DNA of 50,834 bases from an uncultured Clostridium sp. (lineage in GTDB: Bacteria; Bacillota_I; Bacilli_A; RF39; UBA660), in contig CALZLL010000001.1 of NCBI GenBank assembly GCA_945788325.1, positions 1 through 50,834 on the forward strand. Direction: 5' to 3'. Below are positions 18,822 through 26,309 of this stretch, piece after piece. The notes under the pieces are model-generated. The model was not told where the DNA came from and did no database searches. It worked only from the letters and a program-made list of their open reading frames with translations. The translations under genes and the position numbers were made by a program. Numbering within the stretch: the stretch's first letter is position 1; every line of letters begins with the position of its first letter.

Positions 18822-18989
18822 ATGAAATTAACAACTAAAGAAGCTAAAAGTATAAAAGCAGGAGCTGGTATGAGTGCTACCTTAATTAATTCTTTAATAA
18901 GAGGTTTTAATACGTTTTTAGACGTAGGTAGATATTTTGGAAGTAGCATAAGAAGGTTAATAGGTGGTAATGCTTGTCCGCTAAGATAA
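18822..18989 (+). CDS. Second leader-peptide gene (GG/GA type), 55 aa, candidate partner peptide
   Basis: Not in the ORF track. RBS aaaggag upstream. Sequence MKLTTKEAKSIKAGA(G)MSATLINSLIRGFNTFLDVGRYFGSSIRRLIGGNACPLR. The leader aligns with that of the first peptide (E-x-K-x-I-K-A-G). Confidence 0.6.
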   Translation: MKLTTKEAKSIKAGAGMSATLINSLIRGFNTFLDVGRYFGSSIRRLIGGNACPLR

Positions 18990-19137
18990 AATTATATTTA
19001 AAAAGAGTAATTTGTGTTACTTCCTTTATTCTTATGTTACCAGTATTTAGTTACATAATTAAGTTTATTATGCAATTAGGTAGAATATTTGGAACGTTAG
19101 TTAGAATAATTATGGAACTATAAAGCTGGTGTTTAAA

Positions 19138-19168
19138 AGATGGATTTTTAAAAAATCTGTCTTTTTTT
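19138..19168 (+). terminator. Rho-independent terminator closing the exporter/peptide unit
   Basis: agatggattttt / aaaaatctgtct stem (two G-U pairs) followed by ttttttt. Confidence 0.6.
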
Positions 19169-19190
19169 GAAGTAAATACGAAAAAATATG

Positions 19191-19219
19191 TTGTAATAAC
19201 TAATTTTAAGTGTTATAAT
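19191..19219 (+). promoter_or_regulatory. Sigma-A promoter of rpsU
   Basis: TTGTAA, 17-nt spacer, TATAAT with an upstream TG (tgttataat). Confidence 0.55.
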
Positions 19220-19254
19220 TACTATTAGAAAAAAAGGAGAGGGGGGTAAGAAAA

Positions 19255-19455
19255 ATGATAACTGTTCAAGTAAAAAACGGAAACGTTGATGCGGCTTTAA
19301 AGAAGTTTAAGCAAAGAGTAGCTAAAAGCGGTCTCCCTTCTGAAGTAAAAAACAAAAGAGAATTTATTAAACCAGGAGTTAAAAAGAGAAACGCTAAAAA
19401 AGAAGCTATAAAAAACAGTCGTAAAGCAGCTCGTCGTGAAAGAAACGCAGCATAA
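19255..19455 (+). CDS. rpsU: 30S ribosomal protein S21
   Basis: 66 aa, strongly basic. VDAALKKFKQRVAKSG ... RERNAA is typical of S21. Confidence 0.9.
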   Translation: MITVQVKNGNVDAALKKFKQRVAKSGLPSEVKNKREFIKPGVKKRNAKKEAIKNSRKAARRERNAA

Positions 19456-19480
19456 GTTTTTCTTTACTCATTATATAAAT

Positions 19481-19511
19481 GCTTACTATTTTACATAGTA
19501 AGCTTTTTTTT
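19481..19511 (+). terminator. Rho-independent terminator after rpsU
   Basis: gcttactat-tttac-atagtaagc followed by tttttttt. Confidence 0.8.
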
Positions 19512-19535
19512 AGCATAAAATTTATTGGTGATACT

Positions 19536-19784
19536 ATGAAACTAAGTAAACTTGTAAATGATTATGTAGAATGTAATAATTTTGAAATTAAAATTGATTT
19601 TGATAAGGTAAAAATATACTATTATGATAAAATTGAATGTTTTTCTTCATCTAAAGTAGTTGTTTTATGTAAAGACAAAAAAGTCATAATAAATGGTAAA
19701 AAATTAGTTGTTGAAACAATGTTTGAAGAATACATGATAATATCAGGTAACATTAATAGTATAGAGCTAGGTAATGATGATTAA
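19536..19784 (+). CDS. yqfC: Sporulation protein YqfC
   Basis: About 80 aa, sits before yqfD with overlap, and has a YabP/YqfC-like pattern (VVVLCKDKKVIINGKKLVVETMFEEYMIISGNINSIEL). The ORF-track start at 19479 would run through the rpsU terminator. Confidence 0.7.
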   Translation: MKLSKLVNDYVECNNFEIKIDFDKVKIYYYDKIECFSSSKVVVLCKDKKVIINGKKLVVETMFEEYMIISGNINSIELGNDD

Positions 19785-20955
19785 TAATTATGTAAAAATA
19801 AGTATCACTGGAAAGAATCCTAGATTATTTATTAAAAGATGCATATATAATAAAATAAAATATAGTAATTATAAAGAAATAAGTCATAACAAGATAATAA
19901 TTAAAATTACATATGAAGACTATATTAAAATATTAGATAAAAATACCATATATGAAATAAATATTATTAAACTATATGGTCCAATTAAGTACATTACACT
20001 TTTTAAAAATAACATAACTTTTTTTCTAGCTAGTATAATAGCCTTTATATATTTATTTACATTAAGTAATTTAACATTTGATATACAAGTAGTGCATAAT
20101 AATAAAGAAATAAGAAAATTAATAATGGATAATTTAAATGATAATGGTATATCAAAATATCACTTGGTTCCAAACTATGATAAAAGACAAAAAGTAATAA
20201 ATAAAATAATAAAAAACAATAAAGATAAAATAGAATGGTTAGAAATAGAAAGAAAAGGAAGTAAGTTAACTGTTAAAGTTACCGAAAGAAAAATAAATGC
20301 TAAAAAAGAAAGTATTGAGCCAAGACACATAGTAGCTAAAAAAAGCGGTATAATAATTAAGGTAGAAGCAGAGCAAGGAGTTATATTAAAAAAGAAAAAT
20401 GATTATGTATCTCAAGGTGAAACAATTATTTCTGGGGATATTATAAAAGACGAAACCGTAAAAGGACAAGTAAAAGCTAAAGGAATAGTATATGCAGAAA
20501 CATGGTATAAAGTGCATGTATCTTATCCTTTAATATATAAGGAAGTTATATATTTAGATGAAGTTAAAAATAATCTTATAATAACTTTTATGAATAAAGA
20601 ATTATTGCTTAGAAAAAATTATTCTTCGATGAGTTTAGAAAAAAATAAAGTGTTAATAAAAAGTAAAGTATTTCCATTTAATATTAGATTGGAAAAACAA
20701 AGAAAAACTAAGATAAAAAAGCAAAAATATACGATGGATAAAGCAATTAGAAAGGCAGAAGAATTAGCAGTTAAAAAAATAAGCGCAAAACTAAATAAAG
20801 ATGAATATATAATTAGTAAAAAAAAATTGAACTTTACCTCGAATGATAGTAAAATAGAATTAGACGTTTTCTTTAAGGTATGTGAAGATATTACCAGTTA
20901 TAAAGAAGTTGATAAAAGTTTATTAAACAAAGAGGAAAAAGAAAACGGTAATTAA
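19774..20955 (+). CDS. yqfD: Sporulation protein YqfD (stage IV)
   Basis: 393 aa with a central TM helix. Conserved position after yqfC. Confidence 0.7.
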   Translation: MMINNYVKISITGKNPRLFIKRCIYNKIKYSNYKEISHNKIIIKITYEDYIKILDKNTIYEINIIKLYGPIKYITLFKNNITFFLASIIAFIYLFTLSNLTFDIQVVHNNKEIRKLIMDNLNDNGISKYHLVPNYDKRQKVINKIIKNNKDKIEWLEIERKGSKLTVKVTERKINAKKESIEPRHIVAKKSGIIIKVEAEQGVILKKKNDYVSQGETIISGDIIKDETVKGQVKAKGIVYAETWYKVHVSYPLIYKEVIYLDEVKNNLIITFMNKELLLRKNYSSMSLEKNKVLIKSKVFPFNIRLEKQRKTKIKKQKYTMDKAIRKAEELAVKKISAKLNKDEYIISKKKLNFTSNDSKIELDVFFKVCEDITSYKEVDKSLLNKEEKENGN

Positions 20956-20965
20956 GAGGTATATT

Positions 20966-21583
20966 ATGTTTACAGATATTTTTTTACAGCTAGTACATAG
21001 TGTATGGCCAATGATTTTTATATTTACGATCATAATTGTTTCAATTCGTTTAGTATATATATTTAATAACAAAGAAAACTTTGTTTTACATAAAGAACTT
21101 TTAATGTTATGTTTTATTATATATATTTTACTTTTATATTATATCGTAACTTTTCAAGATAATAATTATGGAACAAATAATTTTGTGCCATTTAGAGAAA
21201 TATTTAGATATGATGTAAATTCTAGACTATTTTTAAAAAATGTAATAGGTAACGTTCTTTTGTTTGTACCATTTGGTATTTTTGTTACTTATTATGTAAA
21301 AAATGATAAAGTTTATCAAACGTTATTTTTATCTATTTTAGTTTCATGCTCAATAGAATTTGCACAAAGTGTAATAGGAAGAACGGCGGATATTGATGAT
21401 GTTATTTTAAATACGATAGGTGGTATAATAGGATACATTATATTTAAGTTTGGTGGTAAATTAGTTGATAAGCTTCCAAGGTTTATGAAAAGTCAAGTAT
21501 TCTTAGATGTGTTGTGTTTAGTAATTATTTTGTTTATAATATATTTGGCTTTTAGATTTGATTTTTGGAGGTTTTTAGCATGA
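20966..21583 (+). CDS. VanZ-family membrane protein
   Basis: NVIGNVLLFVPFGIF ... ADIDDVILNTIGGIIGY, VanZ-like motifs. Confidence 0.7.
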   Translation: MFTDIFLQLVHSVWPMIFIFTIIIVSIRLVYIFNNKENFVLHKELLMLCFIIYILLLYYIVTFQDNNYGTNNFVPFREIFRYDVNSRLFLKNVIGNVLLFVPFGIFVTYYVKNDKVYQTLFLSILVSCSIEFAQSVIGRTADIDDVILNTIGGIIGYIIFKFGGKLVDKLPRFMKSQVFLDVLCLVIILFIIYLAFRFDFWRFLA

Positions 21584-22032
21584 ATTATATAGAAGTGTTT
21601 AATGAATATGATAAAGATATAAAAGAATTAAATATTCTTAAAGATTTTATTAATTATGCATCAGAAAAACTTACGTTGAAAAACGTTATGTTTAATGTTA
21701 TAATTATAGACAATGATAGTATACATAAAATAAATAAAGAGTATCGAGGAATTGATAGACCGACTGATGTTATTACTTTTGCATTAGAGGATGATAAGAA
21801 AATAGATACACCGGAAGTAAGAATATTAGGTGATATATATATTTCTTATGATAAAGTTATTTCTCAAGCTCAAGAATATGGACATAGTACAAAAAGAGAA
21901 TTATGCTTTTTAGGGGTACATGGTTTATTACATTTATTGGGTTACGATCATATGAATAAAAAAGATGAAGAGAAAATGTTTAGTTTACAAAAGGAGTTGT
22001 TAGATAGTTATGGCATCAAAAAAGAAAGTTAA
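21580..22032 (+). CDS. ybeY: rRNA maturation endoribonuclease YbeY
   Basis: Zinc-binding motif HGLLHLLGYDH. ATG at 21580 follows RBS ggagg. Confidence 0.9.
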   Translation: MNYIEVFNEYDKDIKELNILKDFINYASEKLTLKNVMFNVIIIDNDSIHKINKEYRGIDRPTDVITFALEDDKKIDTPEVRILGDIYISYDKVISQAQEYGHSTKRELCFLGVHGLLHLLGYDHMNKKDEEKMFSLQKELLDSYGIKKES

Positions 22033-22447
22033 GGTTGAAATATCACGTGGTAAATACGTTGAAGAACAAGGATTTAAAAAAATAGGTTTTAAAAGAATAC
22101 TAAAGAGTTTTAAATATTCGTTTGACGGGTTAAAATACGCTTATTTACATGAACAAAGTTTACTATTGCACGTAATTGTAATGGCAATAATAATAGCTTG
22201 TGGTTTTGGGTTTCACATTACTCCAATTCAGTGGGTAATAACTTTGGTAATGGGTGCTTTAATTTTAGTAACAGAGTTATTTAACACATCAATTGAAGCC
22301 GTTGTTGATATGGTAACAGAAGAATATCATCCACTAGCTAAAGTAGCTAAAGATACTGCATCTGCTGCTTGTTTTGTTGCAGACATGATGGCAGCAGGTA
22401 TGTGGCTTGTTGTGTTTGTACCAAAAATAATGGCATTATTTAGGTAA
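22010..22447 (+). CDS. dgkA: Prokaryotic-type diacylglycerol/undecaprenol kinase (DgkA family)
   Basis: FKYSFDGLKYAY..EQS ... ELFNTSIEAVVD ... AKDTASAA. Conserved position after ybeY. Confidence 0.8.
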   Translation: MASKKKVKVEISRGKYVEEQGFKKIGFKRILKSFKYSFDGLKYAYLHEQSLLLHVIVMAIIIACGFGFHITPIQWVITLVMGALILVTELFNTSIEAVVDMVTEEYHPLAKVAKDTASAACFVADMMAAGMWLVVFVPKIMALFR

Positions 22448-22451
22448 TCGT

Positions 22452-22775
22452 ATGAAAAAGATAAAAAGTTTTTTTGATCGTGAACAAAACCTTTTAGTTC
22501 ATATAATTGCAACCATATGCGTAACAATTATAGGAATTATATTTAGATTAAACTTAGTAGAATGGCTTTTAATTTATTCGATGGTTGCTTTTGTAATAAC
22601 ATCAGAACTTATAAATTCATCAATAGAACTTGCGGTAGATTTATATACAAATAAGTTTAATCCCTTAGCTATGGTAGCTAAAGATGTAGCAGCAGGAGCC
22701 GTTGTAATATCTGCTTTTACAGCTATTTGTGTAGGACTATACGTTTTTGTACCAAAGATATTAGAATTATTATGA
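22452..22775 (+). CDS. Second, shorter DgkA-family paralog
   Basis: ELINSSIELAVDLYTNKFNPLAMVAKDVAAGAVVISAF parallels the upstream DgkA. Its N-terminal region before the first TM helix is much shorter than in the upstream DgkA. Confidence 0.6.
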   Translation: MKKIKSFFDREQNLLVHIIATICVTIIGIIFRLNLVEWLLIYSMVAFVITSELINSSIELAVDLYTNKFNPLAMVAKDVAAGAVVISAFTAICVGLYVFVPKILELL

Positions 22776-22778
22776 TAG

Positions 22779-22803
22779 AAGATTAGTAATGCTAATCTTT
22801 TTT
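22779..22803 (+). terminator. Rho-independent terminator after the dgkA pair
   Basis: aagattag-taatg-ctaatctt followed by a T-run. Confidence 0.7.
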
Positions 22804-22839
22804 ATGTTTACAACTATTTTCCACAAAGCTTTTAAACCC

Positions 22840-22869
22840 TTGACCGGGAAGGGGGTAGTATGATATTAT
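22840..22869 (+). promoter_or_regulatory. Candidate promoter of surface-protein paralog B
   Basis: TTGACC, 18-nt spacer, TATTAT with an upstream TG (tgatattat). Confidence 0.45.
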
Positions 22870-22904
22870 AAACATAGTAAAAATAGATAATAGGAGGAGT
22901 AATC

Positions 22905-24197
22905 GTGGAAAAAGAAAGAAGAGTAAAAGCACTAGCAATAGTAGTACTTGTAATAGCAGTGCTAGGGCTTACAATAGCATTTGCAGCATTATCACAAACA
23001 CTAACAATAAATGGTAGTGCAAAACTAGATGCATCAAAATGGGGACTTAAGTTTGATAATCTAGTATTAGCATCAGGAAATGAATATGTAGAAGGAACTG
23101 CAAATATAAAAACAGATGATAATACTGTAATAGAAAATATGAACGTAAGATTAACAACACCAGGAGATAAAGTAGTATATACGGTAGACTTAGTAAATGA
23201 AGGAAGTATAAATGCTAAGATAGATAATATAGTAAAAACAGTATTAACAACCGAGCAAGAAAAATATTTATCATTTAAAGTATTAAAAGAAAATAATGAA
23301 GAATTAAATGAAGGATATGTATTAGGTAAAGAAACAAGAATACCACTAAAAATAGAAATAGAATTTAAAAAAGATATAACGAAAGAAGACTTACCAAAAG
23401 AAACAAGTACAATAACGTTATCATATGGTGTAACATTTGTACAAACAGATGAAAAGATAGCAACAACAGGACAAGGACCTACAACAGCATGTACAATATT
23501 TGAAAAGAAAAGTGCATATAATGTAGGAGATGAAATAGCCCTATGTAATAATGATACAAATAAATCAGAAGACTTCTATGTAATAAGTGATAATGGAGAT
23601 ACAGTAACAGCTCTTGCTAAGTATAATTTACTTGTTGGAAATGAAATCGAACTTAATAATAAAGAAGAAGTTATTGTATCTAATATTGTTAGAAAGGATC
23701 CAATAGATCCATCAACACCTGGATATGGATTGCAAAGTAGTGAATCAAAAGGATTTATATTAGATAATACTGTATTTATCGGAATAATAAACTTTGCTGA
23801 AAATAATACTATTGGATATTGGGCAGAATCAAGAACTGCACTTTTAAGTAAATATGGAACAAGTTTTCCAGCATATGTATTTGATGAAAATTCATTATTA
23901 TATGAACCATTAAAGAATTATGAATCATATATAAAAACAACATTAGGAAAAACAAGTGTAAGTACTAGTTTATTATCTTATGAGCAAGCTACTAACTTAG
24001 GTTGTGATAAAGCTAATAAAACATGTGAAGTTGCACCAAGTTGGGTATATGAAACATCTTACTGGCTTGGTTCTGCTGCCAATGGTCTCCACGTGATGGG
24101 CGTTGCATCGAATGGTTCCTTAGCGAATCACAGCTTCTACACCGAATTCCGTTTAGGTCTTCGCCCAGTTATAACAATATCAAAAACTGATTTATAA
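22905..24197 (+). CDS. Surface protein paralog B (same architecture as 4758..6059)
   Basis: GTG start after RBS aggagg. The N-terminus and several internal blocks are near-identical to paralog A at nucleotide level. C-terminal SYWLGSA-(variable)-GLRPVITISKTDL. Confidence 0.5.
   Translation: MEKERRVKALAIVVLVIAVLGLTIAFAALSQTLTINGSAKLDASKWGLKFDNLVLASGNEYVEGTANIKTDDNTVIENMNVRLTTPGDKVVYTVDLVNEGSINAKIDNIVKTVLTTEQEKYLSFKVLKENNEELNEGYVLGKETRIPLKIEIEFKKDITKEDLPKETSTITLSYGVTFVQTDEKIATTGQGPTTACTIFEKKSAYNVGDEIALCNNDTNKSEDFYVISDNGDTVTALAKYNLLVGNEIELNNKEEVIVSNIVRKDPIDPSTPGYGLQSSESKGFILDNTVFIGIINFAENNTIGYWAESRTALLSKYGTSFPAYVFDENSLLYEPLKNYESYIKTTLGKTSVSTSLLSYEQATNLGCDKANKTCEVAPSWVYETSYWLGSAANGLHVMGVASNGSLANHSFYTEFRLGLRPVITISKTDL
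24078..24170 (+). other. Candidate DGR variable region (VR-B) within paralog B
   Basis: Of 31 codons, 12 end in C (gcc ctc cac ggc tcc cac agc ttc tac acc ttc cgc). 18 of 93 nt are A. Same position in the domain as VR-A but 21 nt shorter. Confidence 0.5.
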
Positions 24198-24201
24198 TAA
24201 A

Positions 24202-24227
24202 AAATCCAATTTATTTGGATTTTTTTA
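24202..24227 (+). terminator. Rho-independent terminator after paralog B
   Basis: aaatccaa-tttat-ttggattt followed by ttttt. Confidence 0.75.
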
Positions 24228-24307
24228 ATAATTAATAAACTAATATTAAAGTATTTAACTTTATTTTAATTATTATGTTATAATTATCTTAGTTAAGGAG
24301 ATATTTT

Positions 24308-25195
24308 ATGAGATCAGGATTCGTAACTTTGGTAGGAAGACCAAACGTGGGTAAATCAACGCTTATTAATTCTTTAGTTGGTTATAAAATTGCAATAACT
24401 TCAAATAAGGCACAGACAACTAGAAATATGATTCAGGGAATATATAATGATGATGATTCACAAATAGTATTTGTTGATACACCAGGTATACATAAACCTA
24501 AGCATAAATTGGGTCAAAGATTAAATGAAGAGGCTTATTACTCAATAGATGATGTTGATATAATATTATTTTTAGTGGATGTTACCATGCCTTTTGGTAA
24601 GGGAGATAATTTTGTGTTAGATAAAATTAAGGAAGCTAATAAGCCTACGTTTTTGGTTTTAAATAAAGTTGATAAGATTAAAAGAGATGATTTATTTAAT
24701 TTAATTTTAAATTATAAAGATTTATATGATTTTAAAGAAATAGTACCTGTTTCAGCACTTAAGGAAAAAAACGTTAATGAACTTATTAAAACCTTAAAGA
24801 AATATTTACCTGATAGCGTTAAGTATTTTCCTGATGAAGAATTAACAAATACAACAATAGAATTTAGAGCAGCTGAATTAATAAGGGAAAAGGTACTTAG
24901 ATTAACTAATGAAGAAGTACCACACTCGGTAACTTGCGTAGTTGAAAAATATATTGAAAAAAAAGATAAAGCTATTATAAATGCTACTATTATTGTTGAA
25001 AGGGATTCAATAAAAAGTATAATAATTGGTAAACAAGGTTCAATGTTAAAAGAAATTGGTTCGAAAGCTAGAATTGATATTGAAAACATGATTGGTAAAA
25101 AAGTGTATTTAGAAATTTTTGTAAAAACTATTAAAAATTGGAGAGATAAAGAAAAGTATCTAAAAGAATTAGGTTTTTATGATATAGATGAATAA
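24308..25195 (+). CDS. era: GTPase Era
   Basis: G1 GRPNVGKST, G3 DTPG, G4 NKVD, and a C-terminal KH domain (IIGKQGSMLKEIG). Confidence 0.95.
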   Translation: MRSGFVTLVGRPNVGKSTLINSLVGYKIAITSNKAQTTRNMIQGIYNDDDSQIVFVDTPGIHKPKHKLGQRLNEEAYYSIDDVDIILFLVDVTMPFGKGDNFVLDKIKEANKPTFLVLNKVDKIKRDDLFNLILNYKDLYDFKEIVPVSALKEKNVNELIKTLKKYLPDSVKYFPDEELTNTTIEFRAAELIREKVLRLTNEEVPHSVTCVVEKYIEKKDKAIINATIIVERDSIKSIIIGKQGSMLKEIGSKARIDIENMIGKKVYLEIFVKTIKNWRDKEKYLKELGFYDIDE

Positions 25196-25239
25196 AAAAT
25201 AAAAATCATCACCAAGATATAAATAGAAAGGTGATGTTT

Positions 25240-25356
25240 ATGAATAAAAAAGATGTTTGGAATTTATTTGTTCAAACAGGAAAAATAGAATATTATATTA
25301 AATATAAAGAAATGGAAGAAGGGAAGATTGATACCCTTGCAAATGATCGAGGTTGA
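25240..25356 (+). CDS. yqzL: YqzL-like small protein (38 aa)
   Basis: Not in the ORF track. MNKKDVWNLFVQTGKIEYYIKYKEMEEGKIDTLANDRG resembles the YqzL pattern (W..F..TG.I..Y...KE.E). Conserved era-yqzL-recO position. RBS aaaggtga. Confidence 0.6.
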   Translation: MNKKDVWNLFVQTGKIEYYIKYKEMEEGKIDTLANDRG

Positions 25357-26068
25357 AGGAGTTATAATTGATGAAAAACCTTATGGGGAGACAAGTAAAA
25401 TATTAAATATTATAACTAAAGAAAAGGGAGTAATTGGGGTACTTGCTAAGGGTGCTAAAAGACTTAAAAGCCCATTAAGAAGTATTAGTCAAGTTTTTAC
25501 TTATGCATCTTTTTCTATTAGTTATAAAGAAAATAAATTATCAACTCTTATAGGAGGAGATGTTATAAATCCACTTAAAGGAATAAAAAAAGATCTTAAT
25601 AAATTATCTTATTTAAATTATATATCAGAATTAACTTCTGGAGTTATGAAACAAAATAATAGTAAAAATATATATGATATATATATTAGTTCAATCTTAA
25701 AGATAGAAGAAGGATTTGATTACGTTGTTATATCTAATATTTTAGAACTTAAGTTTTTATCATTTTTAGGTGTATCTCCAAAACTTAACGGATGCGTTGT
25801 TTGTGGTAATGAGAAAGTAATTACTATATCAGCGTATAAAGGTGGTTTTGTATGTAAAGATCACGTAGGAAGTGATTATGTTGTTAGTGATAAAACAATA
25901 AAATTAATTAGGTTATTAGAATATGTAGATATTTCTAAGATATCAAAACTAGATATTTCTGATGATGTAAAAAAAGAAATAAATGATTTTATAGATGATT
26001 ATTATGATAGATATACAGGTCTTTACTTAAAAAGTAAAAAATTTCTAAAAAAAATATCAATTTTATGA
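25343..26068 (+). CDS. recO: DNA repair protein RecO
   Basis: N-terminal OB-fold pattern (EGVIIDEKPYGETSKILNIITKEKG) and zinc motif C..C...(CVVCGNE...FVCKDH). Start is ambiguous (TTG 25328 or ATG 25343). Confidence 0.8.
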   Translation: MIEVEGVIIDEKPYGETSKILNIITKEKGVIGVLAKGAKRLKSPLRSISQVFTYASFSISYKENKLSTLIGGDVINPLKGIKKDLNKLSYLNYISELTSGVMKQNNSKNIYDIYISSILKIEEGFDYVVISNILELKFLSFLGVSPKLNGCVVCGNEKVITISAYKGGFVCKDHVGSDYVVSDKTIKLIRLLEYVDISKISKLDISDDVKKEINDFIDDYYDRYTGLYLKSKKFLKKISIL

Positions 26069-26090
26069 TATAATATATCTATATTTTATT

Positions 26091-26208
26091 AGTTGCGATG
26101 ACGGGCTTGGAAACCTATCAGCTATACAAACGAGTGATTTCTCTTAGAAATAAGTAGGGTGGAACCGTGGATTAATATTCACCCCTACGTTAGTTCTAGG
26201 AGTTTTTT
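26091..26208 (+). promoter_or_regulatory. T-box leader (Gly specificity inferred from context)
   Basis: agttgcgatga (Stem I base / GA motif). T-box sequence aagtagggtggaaccgtgg. Antiterminator can be drawn as GTAGGG[TGGAACC]GTGGA-ttaata-TTCAC-CCCTAC (26154..26188), followed by a short stem and tttttt. An extended -10 tgatataat lies at 26066..26074. Confidence 0.6.
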
Positions 26209-26309
26209 ATTATATGTTATGCCATAAAAATATGTAAACATCATGATAAAAAAATTAATATGCGCAACTTTAAATTGTAATCATATATTTAGATAAGGAA
26301 GTGATTATT

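Noticed and set aside
18589-18949. Minus-strand ORFs 18589..18795 and 18665..18949
   Set aside because: They are antisense to the exporter 3' end and to the two RBS-preceded GG-leader peptide genes. They have no RBS and a low-complexity hydrophobic translation, so they are shadow ORFs.
19479-19535. 5' extension of yqfC given in the ORF track (start at 19479)
   Set aside because: The extension spans the rpsU rho-independent terminator (19481..19511). The ATG at 19536 gives a YqfC-sized protein.
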